A stretch of DNA of 62,663 nucleotides, filler included, from an uncultured Myxococcia bacterium (GTDB taxonomy: Bacteria > CAZTWC01): the NCBI GenBank assembly GCA_964617105.1. It is 11 parts of 11 records of this genome, joined end to end, with 100 filler letters (N's around TTAATTAATTAA, not from the genome) between each part and the next. Parts side by side here need not be neighbours in the genome. Positions count along the whole stretch, not along the records: positions 45,988 to 51,497 come from CAZTWC010000255.1; positions 51,598 to 57,085 come from CAZTWC010000256.1; positions 57,186 to 62,663 come from CAZTWC010000257.1; 8 more parts are not named here. One strand, 5' to 3'. Under the pieces are notes generated by a model. It made no database searches, was not told where the DNA came from, and was given only the letters and a program-made list of their open reading frames with translations. This document shows, one piece after another, positions 48,236-58,441 of this stretch. How positions within the stretch are numbered: position 1 is the stretch's first letter; every line of letters begins with the position of its first letter. A program made the translations under genes and the position numbers.

Positions 48236-49628
48236 CTAATCTGCCATAGGATTTAATCCCAGGGCTTTGAGTAGATCCAATTTTTTCAGAGAGAGACCGA
48301 GCCGGCTGGATACTATCTCAATTTCGGCCTGTTTTGAGTCCTCACCCGCCTCTAAAAGTTCCAGATAGGTAGCCAAGCCAGCCCGGTACCTGGCCAACAC
48401 CAACTCTCGATTCTGGCGGGCCAAATGCAATTTGCGTTTATTTGTACCTACTGCTCTTTGGGCAGTGTCAATATGCCGCAAAGTCCGGCGTATCTCCTGC
48501 TGGATACCCCGCTCCAGAAGGCGCCGCTCTAAAAGCAGTTTTTTGATCCCCAAAGATCGCTGATTTTTATCTAAACTGCGCTGCCCCCCGTTGTAGAGAA
48601 CCCACTCCAGCGATAAAATAAGATCCCAGCGAAAATTCTCACCGGTCCAACCCTGGGTTTGACTATAGCGATAGTTACCATTCANNNNNNNNNNNNNNNN
48701 NNNNNNNNNNNNNNNNNNNNNNNNNNNNNNNNNNNNNNNNNNNNNNNNNNGATGGGAGGTAATCTAGCCATTGGTTCTGTAAACCACGGCGAGCAGATTT
48801 TATTTTCAGGCTTACTGCATCCAAATCTGGCCGTTGGTTTTTAGGATCAAGAACGGTTTTTGCAGGCAGTTCAGGCTCCTCCACTCGAAAAGGCTGGGGC
48901 TGGTCGGTTAGAAAGGAGAGGTAATCCATACTCTCAGCCAAATTACTTTGGGCGGCATCGGCCTGATTATTGGCGCTAAGCAGTTTAATCTCTGCTCGTT
49001 GCACATCAATTTGCAAAGCCTGGCCAGCCATATTACGCAATTTGGCTGCCTGTAGATGTTCATCCGCAACTTTTAACGATTCCCGGGCGGCGGTTAAATA
49101 ATTTTCTGCTGCCAAACAAGCCAAGTAGGATTTGGTCACCTTAAAAGCCAATTGCCTTTCCCGCCAGCGGGCTTCTTTGGCGGCCGCCTCCCGGCCAGGA
49201 TAGGCTTCCATCACCTTGGAGATGGCAGAACCTCTAAATAAAGTGGCAGACAGAGTTAAATTGCCGGCCATAGAATAATACTGCTGCAGGGTACGGTTGT
49301 CAAAGGATACCTCCTGGTTGTTGCGGGTTAAATTGCCGCGAATAGCCAGATAGGGCATAAAGGCCGCCCAGGCCTTTTCCACTGTCAAGGCTTCCTGTTG
49401 ATACTGAGTCTGGGATATCTTCGCCTGCTCAAAATTTTCTTGGGCTGCCGACAAAGCCACTTTTAAAGTAAGAATAATTCCGGTTTTGGTTTTGGGGTTC
49501 TGGACGCTGGCAGGTGGGGAGGGAGATAATGGTTCGGCAAAACCATTCAGAGAGTAAAAAAAAATCAGAAAAAAGAGCGACAGGTAACTTCCACAGCATC
49601 TCTCTTTGTATATATTGGTATCTTTCAT
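48236..49628 (-). CDS. TolC-family outer membrane efflux protein (interrupted by gap 48685-48750)
   Basis: Two OEP halves (WAAFMPYL / WLDYLP) and RYRAGLATYLELLEA. First gene of the RND operon. Confidence 0.85.
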
Positions 49629-49649
49629 GCTTTTGCTGTTTTCGTAGTA

Positions 49650-50198
49650 TTATATCTCTACGGTTGAGAACCAATCTGTCTTACGAACCGAATCGGTGCG
49701 GGCGATAATCACTTCGTTGGTAGCGCTAATAAAAATTATTTTCCGGGCCTGCCGTTCACCAACATCCTGGTAATTAATAATAAGACCCTTTTTTAATAGT
49801 ACCTTTTTGGCGATTTCGATATTGGCGGCAGCCAACGCTTTTTGTTTTTGGTTTGCCCAATCGGGACAGCCGCCGCCATAAACACCGATTATATATCTAT
49901 CCCTTTGGGCTGCTCGGACGTTAATATTTTTTAACATTGCCCAGATAGCAGGAAGTCCGAATATTGGTGTACCGGGCTGATCTTTTCCGGGTTTTGGTTT
50001 GATAAAATGGCAAAGCCCTCCTTTTTTATTGGTTAAGTCAAAGATGGTAACCACGACGGATGATGTGGCCATAGCGCCAATAGCAGTATTGGTGTCAGGA
50101 ATAACAATTGTTCCTGGTGCAGCCATGACCTGCTGCTCGGGAATATTTTTTTGATTACGTAAAAAATTGTAATCTATTGGATCGTTCTTGCGGCGCAT
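49650..50198 (-). CDS. cheD: CheD-like protein, catalytic Cys apparently replaced
   Basis: VVTIFD...GGLCHF, YGGG, NIEIA and QDVG..ARKI. ATSSV aligns with canonical LGSCV. Confidence 0.7.
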   Translation of the reverse strand: MRRKNDPIDYNFLRNQKNIPEQQVMAAPGTIVIPDTNTAIGAMATSSVVVTIFDLTNKKGGLCHFIKPKPGKDQPGTPIFGLPAIWAMLKNINVRAAQRDRYIIGVYGGGCPDWANQKQKALAAANIEIAKKVLLKKGLIINYQDVGERQARKIIFISATNEVIIARTDSVRKTDWFSTVEI

Positions 50199-50324
50199 GA
50201 AAATATTCTCCCTAACAGTAAAACTCTTCCTAGGCCGTATTTGTGCACTCTATTACCCTGTCATCAGTATAGAGGAGAATCATATCTCCAAAGGATAAAA
50301 ATGGCAAAGGTTCCCGGACGGCAA

Positions 50325-51218
50325 CTAGTTCGTTCGGGAGTAGATCAAATAAGTAATATCCTGCAAATTCTGGCTGGATACGGGAATAGATGCCAGCGAG
50401 GCTATGGATCCCTGATAGAGTCGATCTATTTTCCGGCGGGCCTCTTCTACCCCCTCCATTATGGGATAGGTCAATTTAGCCTCCGCACCTGAGGCTTTCA
50501 TATCCTCCTCCAAATCCAGCAGGTCATCGGTTATTTGAAATAACATCCCTAATTTTTCACTATAATCCTGCAAACTCTCTAAAGACTGTTTTTCAATGCC
50601 CGCCGCCAGGGCGCCGCAGAGAACCGCCGCCTTAAAAAGAGCCATGGTTTTTAGCCTGTAGGTAAACTCCAAATGAGCCCTACTATCCTGTTGTTGATGG
50701 TCAAAGTAGATATCTCGGACCTGCCCGCCCACTAAACCATTGAACCCAGCCGCTTTAACCAGTTCAATAATAACTTCTGCTGAATTCAGGCTGCTGCCCG
50801 CCATCAATCCAAAAGCCTCGGTCAGGTATCCATCGCCCACCAGTACTGCCATAGCGTCACCATACTTTCGGTGAAGAGTAATTTGTCCCCGCCGCTGGTC
50901 ACTGTCATCCAAAGCAGGGAGATCATCATGCACCAAAGAATAGTTGTGAACCAATTCAATCGCCGCTGCAATTGGCATAATGGGATGCTTAAAATCTTTT
51001 ACTGGCTGGCCGGAAAAAGTTTCAAAGGAGACTATGGTCAAAATAGGACGTAAACGTTTACCTCCATTTAAAATAGCATGTTTTATTGCATCAAGACATT
51101 CAGTCCCGTTTTTCATCTCTTGGGAAAGGCAATTATCAATAAAATGGGAAAGAAAATCGTTCACTATTACTTTCTTATCTTTTAAAAACTGACGAATTTT
51201 CTCTTCATCTACCTTCAT
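50325..51218 (-). CDS. ispA: Short-chain polyprenyl diphosphate synthase (FPP/GGPP synthase)
   Basis: GGKRLRP, SLVHDDLPALDD..RRG, GQ, KT and FQITDDLLD. Confidence 0.9.
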   Translation of the reverse strand: MKVDEEKIRQFLKDKKVIVNDFLSHFIDNCLSQEMKNGTECLDAIKHAILNGGKRLRPILTIVSFETFSGQPVKDFKHPIMPIAAAIELVHNYSLVHDDLPALDDSDQRRGQITLHRKYGDAMAVLVGDGYLTEAFGLMAGSSLNSAEVIIELVKAAGFNGLVGGQVRDIYFDHQQQDSRAHLEFTYRLKTMALFKAAVLCGALAAGIEKQSLESLQDYSEKLGMLFQITDDLLDLEEDMKASGAEAKLTYPIMEGVEEARRKIDRLYQGSIASLASIPVSSQNLQDITYLIYSRTN

Positions 51219-51363
51219 AACTATTATTCCTGCTCTTTTTTCTCGGGCATACGGATTCTAGAAATGCATAATAAAATGATTATTAAAATATGGCAAGATA
51301 TTTGATGTTGGAGGCTTTTGGAAATTATTTTAGAGTATTGCCAGGGAAAAGGAGGGAGATAGA

Positions 51364-51392
51364 GGGGGGCGGTCTGCTTTTCCGCCCCCTAC
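51364..51392 (-). terminator. GC hairpin (terminator or GTAG-type REP)
   Basis: GGGGGCGG-TCTGCTTTT-CCGCCCCC-TAC. Confidence 0.45.
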
Positions 51393-51597
51393 CCTTTTGT
51401 TTTTAGAAAAACAAAAATTCAGGCTAACTCTACCCTATAAGGTTCAAGGCCATTTGCGGAGCCGAATTTGCCTGCGCTAACATGGAGACACCAGCCTNNN
51501 NNNNNNNNNNNNNNNNNNNNNNNNNNNNNNNNNNNNNNNNNTTAATTAATTAANNNNNNNNNNNNNNNNNNNNNNNNNNNNNNNNNNNNNNNNNNNN

Positions 51598-52257
51598 ACC
51601 GAAAAAAGCCGCCAACCTGTTAAGACGGTATATATCTACTCTGTATACAACCGGGTATGGCACTGGATTATGGCGGCAGGCATTATTATCCTGATCATTA
51701 CCGGTGCGAAAATACGTTATCCCGAAATCGCCATGTTCCTGGACTTCTCTTTGGCGGTCTATATCCACAAGATAGTGGGAGTGGTGGTTGTTCTCAATGG
51801 CTTTTTAGCATTTTTCCATCACCTGGTTACCGACGAAAAATGGCAGTTTATCCCCTCTCCACCGCGGAAATTTATCCAGGAAATTGTTCTGCAGGTTAAA
51901 TTCTATACCTGGGGTATATTCCAGGGCGAAGATTACCCCTCGCCTAAAACGCCAAAGAACAGACTAAATCCATTGCAAAAAATTGTCTATCTTTCATTCT
52001 TAAATGGTCTCTTGATGCTCCAGGTTATAACCGGCACCTTGATGTTAACCTCAGATTATTGGAGCACAGCGTTCGATACAATTGGGGGGATGACCATGGT
52101 GAACTCTGTTCATGCTTTTCTGACCTGGGCTTTTTTGTGCTTTTTACTCTTACACATCTATATGTCAACCACGGGCCATACTATTTTTTCCAATATCAAG
52201 GCCATGATCCTGGGCTGGGAAGAGGTCAAAATCCGTGATTTGGAAAAGGAGGGATAA
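51598..52257 (+). CDS. Di-heme cytochrome b subunit (Ni-hydrogenase/PhsC-like), 5' truncated
   Basis: Frame open from the contig start. YSVYNRVWHW, IHKIVG, RLNPLQK.VY and VHAFL...LLHIYM.TTG. Confidence 0.85.
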   Translation, partial: TEKSRQPVKTVYIYSVYNRVWHWIMAAGIIILIITGAKIRYPEIAMFLDFSLAVYIHKIVGVVVVLNGFLAFFHHLVTDEKWQFIPSPPRKFIQEIVLQVKFYTWGIFQGEDYPSPKTPKNRLNPLQKIVYLSFLNGLLMLQVITGTLMLTSDYWSTAFDTIGGMTMVNSVHAFLTWAFLCFLLLHIYMSTTGHTIFSNIKAMILGWEEVKIRDLEKEG

Positions 52258-52262
52258 AGAAA

Positions 52263-52778
52263 ATGGAAAAACCAGAAAATTATCTAAGCCCCTATTTGGC
52301 AGGCCTGGTTTTAGGGGTAGTCCTTTTTTTGGCCTTCCTCAGCACGGGAAACGGCCTGGGCGCATCGGGCGGCATGAACCGGGTGCTGGTATTTATTGAG
52401 GATAAAATCGTACCCGACCATGTGGACAGGGTCTCTTTTTTGGCCAAGATGGCTGGCGGCGACAAAAATCCCCTGGACAAGTGGACGGTTTTCATGTTGG
52501 CGGGCACCCTCCTCGGTGGTTTTATATCAGGACTCTTTCACAAGAGGCTAAAAATTGAAATCAGAAAGGGACCGCAGATCTCCAATTTGACCAGGTTAAT
52601 ACTCGCCTTTGGCGGTGGGGCTATAATGGGTTATGGAGCCCGGTTTGCCAGGGGCTGCACCTCAGGCCAGGCTCTCAGCGGTGGAGCTGTCCTTTCAGTT
52701 GGCAGTTGGGCTTTTATGTTTTCTGTTTTCATTTCCGCCTATGCCCTGGCCTGGTTTTTACGGAAGATTTGGAATTGA
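52263..52778 (+). CDS. YeeE/YedE sulfur-compound (thiosulfate) transporter family protein
   Basis: PYLAG, GLGASG and GARFARGCTSGQALSG. Confidence 0.88.
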   Translation: MEKPENYLSPYLAGLVLGVVLFLAFLSTGNGLGASGGMNRVLVFIEDKIVPDHVDRVSFLAKMAGGDKNPLDKWTVFMLAGTLLGGFISGLFHKRLKIEIRKGPQISNLTRLILAFGGGAIMGYGARFARGCTSGQALSGGAVLSVGSWAFMFSVFISAYALAWFLRKIWN

Positions 52779-52788
52779 GGAGTTATTT

Positions 52789-54024
52789 ATGTTGCCATTA
52801 ACCATGGAAGAAACCCTTGGAAAAACGGGTGCCTATTTAGTATATATGTTTATTGGTGGAGGTCTGGGCGCCTCCCTGGAAATGGCTGGATTTGGCGACA
52901 GCCGCAAATTGGCTGCCCAATTCTATTTCAAGGATATGACGGTCTTAAAAGTTATGTTCACAGCCATTATTTTTGCCATGCTTTTAATCTTTATCTCTTA
53001 CCGCCTCGGTTTTCTAGATTATAATGTTATCTGGGTCAATCCCACCTACCTTTTTCCCGGAATTGTAGGCGGGCTGATAATGGGAGTGGGTTTTATCGTC
53101 GGCGGTTTTTGCCCGGGCACTTCCCTGGTGGCAACGGCAACACTCAAACTGGACGGTTTGTTTTTCTTTCTTGGCTGTTTGTTTGGTATTTTTGTCTTTG
53201 GCGAAACCATCAGTTCTTTCGGCGAATTCTGGCATTCCAGTTTTCTGGGGCGTTTCACTCTTCCCCAATGGCTGGGTCTTGACACCGGAACGGTTGTCTT
53301 TTTGGTAGTTTTAATGGCTTTGGGCATGTTTTTCGGGGCAGAATACCTGGAAAAAATCTTTGGAGATCAAAATGCTTGCCAGTTCATTGGAGTTGGCTGC
53401 CTAAAACCCCTTTCCGCCCTGACAATTGTACTGGCAATTATGGTGATGGTCATTGGAGAGCCTACTGCCCTGGACAAGTGGGAGTGGGTAAAAGAACAAA
53501 AACAGGAGACATTGAAAAAGAGGGCGGTTTATATCCACCCTGCCGAATTGATGGCCTTGCAAAACGACTACCAAATCCATCTAATGGTATTGGATATGCG
53601 CAAGGAAGCTGATTATAATATTTTCCATATCATCGATTCTAAACGGGTCACTTTTGATAAACTCGATAATTTCTCCTATGTCGCTGAACTTCTCAACCAG
53701 CCCAAGAACACCATATTCGTGCTGGTGGCCAATGATGAAGATTTGAGCACCTTAGGTTGGAAAATGCTGGTGGCCCAAAACCTGCCCAATGCCTATATTC
53801 TCGAAGGAGGCATAAATTATTGGCTCGACCTCTTTTTAAAGGGCAAAACCGGCGCCTATGTCCCTGCAAAAGAAAAAATCGGACAAATGAGGCACTCCTT
53901 TGACCAGGTGGTGGGAGACAGCATTCCAGCAGCCAAACCAGATCATGAACATTTTTCGAAAATATCGTTCACCAAAAAAGTCAAACTGGAGCAGCAACGG
54001 GTGTTTTCAGGGGGATGTGGGTGA
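52789..54024 (+). CDS. YeeE/YedE family protein fused to a rhodanese-like domain
   Basis: LEMAGFG.SRKLAAQFY.KDMTVLKVMF and GGFCPGT. C-terminal LDMR...FHI..S, YILEGGIN.W, ending GGCG. GAGG RBS. Confidence 0.85.
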   Translation: MLPLTMEETLGKTGAYLVYMFIGGGLGASLEMAGFGDSRKLAAQFYFKDMTVLKVMFTAIIFAMLLIFISYRLGFLDYNVIWVNPTYLFPGIVGGLIMGVGFIVGGFCPGTSLVATATLKLDGLFFFLGCLFGIFVFGETISSFGEFWHSSFLGRFTLPQWLGLDTGTVVFLVVLMALGMFFGAEYLEKIFGDQNACQFIGVGCLKPLSALTIVLAIMVMVIGEPTALDKWEWVKEQKQETLKKRAVYIHPAELMALQNDYQIHLMVLDMRKEADYNIFHIIDSKRVTFDKLDNFSYVAELLNQPKNTIFVLVANDEDLSTLGWKMLVAQNLPNAYILEGGINYWLDLFLKGKTGAYVPAKEKIGQMRHSFDQVVGDSIPAAKPDHEHFSKISFTKKVKLEQQRVFSGGCG

Positions 54025-55366
54025 CCAGTTTTCCTTCTGACACATAATAGGTCTGCCCCTCCTCCAGGTTAGCCTGGTCTGAGGAGATGGTGGTCAGGAG
54101 CCGTCCCGGTTCATCGATTATGGTGCAAAAATTGGGGATGGCCCGTCCAGGAGCTACAGTCACCCGGGCTCCCAGTTTCACTCCATGGCCCAGGCAACAG
54201 CCCATATAAGGCGTGCCAATACTAACCGGGCTGCCCTGGTGCATCACTTTTACATTGCCTTGAAAAACTGCATCAGCCAAAGCAGCGGTGGAGGTCAAAA
54301 ACACTTTTCGCCCCAGCAGGCTCAACTGCACCTTGTGATTAGATAGAGTTGAGTCGGGATAGCAGACACAGTTGACCATGCACAGGTTCTTCAGAGCAAG
54401 ACAATTGGGGGCCAGCACCGAGTTGTGGATTTTGGCATTATCGCCAATTCGGCAGCCATCGCCAATAAAAGAACCTTTAATCATAGCGCCGGCGCCAATA
54501 GTGACATTATCCCCTATCATAGAGGTTTCCAAATAGGCCGTGGGATGGATATCGCATCTCTTCCCAAATACCTTCAAAGACGCTCTCAGTTTATGCCGCT
54601 TTTTCAGGGGCATTTTTATTAGCATCCCCATAGTCCAAAGCCGATTTTTTCGGCAATATTCTCCCCACTCCATCACTGCAGCCAACTGGTTTAGGCGAAA
54701 AATATGCAGCCAATGTTGGATATGCATGCAAAAGGAGGCCGATATACTGAAAGTTTTTCCCCGGTATTCGGAATCACCACCGACCCCCTGAAACAGAGCT
54801 GGAGCCAGGTCAAAATAGCGGATATCCACTTTGGACCGCTCACAGATCTGCATCAAGTTGTAGCGCACTTTATCAAGGCCTGAGGTATCGATTTGGGCTA
54901 AAGAACAGTTTTTTAGAAAAAAGAGGTCATAACTCACCTGTCCCGGAATACTGCGGTCAACTTCTTGTAATGGCAAGGAAAAGTCGATCATAGTATTGGA
55001 GGTGCCGAGTATATTGGCGGGGTTATTGTCAAAACCTTCCGCCAGGCTCTTAGAGTTCTGATAACTGTGCTTAAGGGTAAGCATTTGCGATTTTTCAGCG
55101 TTTTTTAGGCCGCCCAAAAACTTCTTTAATAACTTCTTTGAACAAAACACCCAGTCAAAGATCAGCAAGCAGCCTTTTTGCAAGTCTGCATCAGCCACCT
55201 GAGAGATATGATGGATAGAGATAACCTCGCCCCCCACCAATTCTGACAACACTTTTTGCATGTAACTCCCCATGGTCTGATGAACATAGAGAGATTCAGC
55301 CACTGAATCGCCAAAAGGCGCAATAGCAGTGCCGGTTTTAAGTATATAAACGTTCATTTTACCCAA
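53981..55366 (-). CDS. Left-handed beta-helix (hexapeptide repeat) protein
   Basis: IHPTAYLETSMIGDNVTIGAGAMIKGSFIGDGCRIGDNAKI and GARVTVAPGRAIP. Confidence 0.7.
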   Translation of the reverse strand: MGKMNVYILKTGTAIAPFGDSVAESLYVHQTMGSYMQKVLSELVGGEVISIHHISQVADADLQKGCLLIFDWVFCSKKLLKKFLGGLKNAEKSQMLTLKHSYQNSKSLAEGFDNNPANILGTSNTMIDFSLPLQEVDRSIPGQVSYDLFFLKNCSLAQIDTSGLDKVRYNLMQICERSKVDIRYFDLAPALFQGVGGDSEYRGKTFSISASFCMHIQHWLHIFRLNQLAAVMEWGEYCRKNRLWTMGMLIKMPLKKRHKLRASLKVFGKRCDIHPTAYLETSMIGDNVTIGAGAMIKGSFIGDGCRIGDNAKIHNSVLAPNCLALKNLCMVNCVCYPDSTLSNHKVQLSLLGRKVFLTSTAALADAVFQGNVKVMHQGSPVSIGTPYMGCCLGHGVKLGARVTVAPGRAIPNFCTIIDEPGRLLTTISSDQANLEEGQTYYVSEGKLVTHIPLKTPVAAPV

Positions 55367-57035
55367 TCCTTACCAACCCATGCTTCAAGGCCCAGGTCAG
55401 ATGAAAAGATATCTTGGCCCGGGGCACAACTCCGTTTTTACCAACCCGTTCTACCAGTTGCCCCAGAGTGACCGTCCTCCGGCAGTAAAAAATTATCTGC
55501 CGCAGCAATTCCAGGTCTATGTGTTCTTCCAGGTCGCCCAGCACCCAGGGTTTACGGCGGTTTTTCAAAAAATCGCCGCCAAACGAAGTCTGGGTAAATC
55601 GATCCTGGTCCGCCAATTCTCTGGTGGGATAGTGAGAAAAGAGGTGAGGATAGTGGTAATAATAGGGAGAAATAGGCGCCCCAGCGTCAATCTCCGGCCG
55701 CTGGTAGTTTGCCGCCTCACTTTTAAGCCTCTGCCACAATTCAAAATACTGCTCAATTACTCTGGGCCAGGCATATTTCTGCTCTACCCTATCCCGCCCC
55801 TGCTGGCCCATATCCTGGCGCAACTGGGTGTTGAGAATAAGTGTTTTCAGCCTCTGTTGGAAAACCTCCAAATCCAAAGCAGTATTTTGGGCAAACAGCA
55901 GGTGAAGGTAGTTTTCTCCGCGATAATAGATGGATTCTGAGTGATCGCAATCAGAAGCAGTCCAAAAGGTGGGAATTAAAAAACCGTTTACCCCCTCCTT
56001 GACCGTATCCTTGTACCCGTTAAAATCTGAGGCCACCACCGGCAATCCCGAAGCCATGGCTTCGATTACCGTCAAGCCAAAAGTCTCCTGCAAATTATCA
56101 GAAGGCGAAACAAATATATCGGCCGCCCGATAGATATCCGGTTTTTTCTCCTCCTCAAAATCAATCAAAAATTTGATATTGTTCTCCACCGAAAACCGGG
56201 CAGCATACTTTTTTATAGCGTCTGGATATTGGCGGTGCTGCACAGAACCAGCCAACAGGAGGGTGAAATCAATTTTATCGCCCAAATCCTTTTTCAATTG
56301 GGCCAACAGGCAGACCAGAGGAAAAATATCCATCTTAGTATAATAGGTGAATCGGGAAAGGCTCAAAATGATGATTCCATCTTTAGACAAACCCAAATTC
56401 TGCCGCGCCTTTTGACGGTCTCCGGGGCAAAATCTATCCTGATCCACTCCCAGAGGGATACGGTTCAATTGACCTTGAAAAGAGAAATTACCGCCCGAAT
56501 GCTCTGCCAGTTGTTCTGAGTATAGTTTGAATATTTTATCCACAAAAGATACCGCGGCATTGCTAGTACACACCACACTGTCAAAAGGTCTTGGACCACC
56601 GCAGATAAGTTTTAACAGCGGACCGGGCAGCCAGTTACTCAGAGTATGAGTTACGGCGGTAATGGGAAACATATGGGCAGCGTACCGGTTACGCATAAAG
56701 GTAAGGTCTGCATAATCGGTATATATATCACTTAGATGCATAACACTGTAGTCTACCTCTGCCATAGCCTTGGCAAACTGGGAAGTGGGCACCAGTTTAA
56801 TCCTTTTTTTCAACTGCTGATCTTGAAAAATATCCTGGTAAACATCAGAGAATTTCTGCATCTCTTTCAGGTTGGCTAAAAAGAAATGATACTCATCAAT
56901 AGGAGCATATTTCAGCATAGCCCGCATAAATTCACTATTAGCCACAAACCTTCCCACTATCAGGCTCTTATTTTTATCCTCTCCATACTGATGAAAAGTC
57001 TCTTTACCGGCAAATATAAACGGCTTTTTTTCCAT
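55359..57035 (-). CDS. Glycosyltransferase family 4
   Basis: IPLGVD..RF and ADIFVSPSDNLQETFGLTVIEAMASGLPVVASD. Confidence 0.92.
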   Translation of the reverse strand: MEKKPFIFAGKETFHQYGEDKNKSLIVGRFVANSEFMRAMLKYAPIDEYHFFLANLKEMQKFSDVYQDIFQDQQLKKRIKLVPTSQFAKAMAEVDYSVMHLSDIYTDYADLTFMRNRYAAHMFPITAVTHTLSNWLPGPLLKLICGGPRPFDSVVCTSNAAVSFVDKIFKLYSEQLAEHSGGNFSFQGQLNRIPLGVDQDRFCPGDRQKARQNLGLSKDGIIILSLSRFTYYTKMDIFPLVCLLAQLKKDLGDKIDFTLLLAGSVQHRQYPDAIKKYAARFSVENNIKFLIDFEEEKKPDIYRAADIFVSPSDNLQETFGLTVIEAMASGLPVVASDFNGYKDTVKEGVNGFLIPTFWTASDCDHSESIYYRGENYLHLLFAQNTALDLEVFQQRLKTLILNTQLRQDMGQQGRDRVEQKYAWPRVIEQYFELWQRLKSEAANYQRPEIDAGAPISPYYYHYPHLFSHYPTRELADQDRFTQTSFGGDFLKNRRKPWVLGDLEEHIDLELLRQIIFYCRRTVTLGQLVERVGKNGVVPRAKISFHLTWALKHGLVRIG

Positions 57036-57185
57036 CTTTTATCCTTAGGGCTCCCTAAAAAATAACTTCATAGTAGCGTACTGCANNNNNNNNNNNNNNN
57101 NNNNNNNNNNNNNNNNNNNNNNNNNNNNNTTAATTAATTAANNNNNNNNNNNNNNNNNNNNNNNNNNNNNNNNNNNNNNNNNNNN

Positions 57186-57234
<49 letters not shown>

Positions 57235-57252
57235 ATAAAAAACTTACATATT

Positions 57253-57327
57253 TGGTGGGCGGAACTGGTTTCGAACCAGCGACCCCCGGCTTGTAAGGCC
57301 GGTGCTCTCCCGCTGAGCTACCCGCCC
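57253..57327 (-). tRNA. tRNA-Val(TAC)
   Basis: Minus strand GGGCGGG...CCGGC-CT-TAC-AA-GCCGG...GGTTCGAAACC...CCGCCC-ACCA. Confidence 0.95.
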
Positions 57328-57348
57328 GCACAGGTATGAGCGTAGAAA

Positions 57349-57377
57349 TATATACAGTACCTAAACCTCGTTGTCAA
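57349..57377 (-). promoter_or_regulatory. Sigma70-type promoter for tRNA-Val/Asp
   Basis: Minus strand TTGACA-17 nt-TATATA. Confidence 0.6.
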
Positions 57378-57397
57378 GACAAAAACTCGGTTATTTT

Positions 57398-58321
57398 TTA
57401 GATTACCTCAATATAATTGTTGTCCAACAAATATTGCAACTCTTGTAAGACATCGGCATCGCTTATTTTGCTGTTGTCCAAAATATCTTCCAGCGCACCA
57501 AAATTGTATACCAACTGCAAAATATCCAGCTGATCCGGCGAGAGTTTATTTAACTTTGCATCCATGGGCAAGGGCAGGTTTAATCCTTCTGAAAATTGGG
57601 GGATAATTTTTTTTATCTCATCATATTTATTTACCTGCTTTAAGCCGCTATCCAACAGTTGTTCGCAATCCTCCTCTATCTGCTCAAGAAAAACTTCTTC
57701 ACCCAGAGGTTTAAGTTTATAACCACCCTCCTGGAAAAGCAATATCCGGTAGAAAGATTTGTGGGGAGTTAGATCTTTATTGGATTGTAATTGAGCATAA
57801 ATTATATTGCCATTCTTAAAATAGATTTCACCCTGGTCTTCGGAGCCGTCAATATTTAATATCCCTGAAGTATGGGAGGCTTTATGAATTCTCAATAGTT
57901 CTATCAACGGCATATCGGTGAGATTGCCAGAGTTGATATCCATCTGGTTGTCTTGTGAGTCGGCCACTTCAGTCATCTGTCCACCGCTTTTCTGTTCCGC
58001 ACCGGCAACTTGAATCTGTAATATAGAAGTCCCGATGAGAATTCTATCACGGTCTTTCAACTTGGCCTGTTTGATACGTTCTCCATTGACAAAGGTGCCA
58101 TTGGTGCTACCCAGGTCAGCGATGGCGATTTGCTGATCCATGAAGGTAATTTTAGCATGTTTGCGAGATACCATATCTTCCACCAGCACCACATCCAATT
58201 CACTGCTTCTACCGATTATGATATCCTTGCCAGGAACCAGGTTAAATTCTCCACCTTTGTACTTACCGGCAATAAAAGAGAGGACAAATTGATCAGCGGT
58301 TTGTGGTGTAGCAGGACTCAC
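57398..58321 (-). CDS. FHA domain + DUF4388-like domain protein
   Basis: IGRSS...VSRKHA...DLGSTNGTFVNG and SGNL.DMPL.ELL...SGIL...G.IYF.NG.I. Confidence 0.85.
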   Translation of the reverse strand: MSPATPQTADQFVLSFIAGKYKGGEFNLVPGKDIIIGRSSELDVVLVEDMVSRKHAKITFMDQQIAIADLGSTNGTFVNGERIKQAKLKDRDRILIGTSILQIQVAGAEQKSGGQMTEVADSQDNQMDINSGNLTDMPLIELLRIHKASHTSGILNIDGSEDQGEIYFKNGNIIYAQLQSNKDLTPHKSFYRILLFQEGGYKLKPLGEEVFLEQIEEDCEQLLDSGLKQVNKYDEIKKIIPQFSEGLNLPLPMDAKLNKLSPDQLDILQLVYNFGALEDILDNSKISDADVLQELQYLLDNNYIEVI

Positions 58322-58441
58322 GGCATTTCTCCTAAAATTATCGAGTTGACCCTAAAACTATCATGTTGACAACAACAAGGTGGCTTTTATGGATGGATAT
58401 TTGTTTATATTAACGTTAAATTATTAAAAAATCAACGATAA

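Noticed and set aside
51400-51497. Possible 6S RNA (GGTTCAAGG motif) near ispA
   Set aside because: No complementary TTGAACC arm is visible. The minus strand reads as a plausible CDS end (...GLEPYRVELA*) followed by a hairpin.
52633-52788. Longer start for the YeeE-rhodanese gene
   Set aside because: It overlaps the upstream yeeE out of frame. An RBS supports ATG 52789.
54010-54024. Selenocysteine readthrough at GGCG-TGA
   Set aside because: The TGA follows Gly rather than replacing the Cys, no SECIS is evident, and a convergent gene overlaps here.
5761-57185. Recurrent TTAATTAATTAA motif and ORFs ending ...XXXLIN
   Set aside because: These are artificial contig linkers, not biological repeats. 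ORF ends inside them are artefacts.
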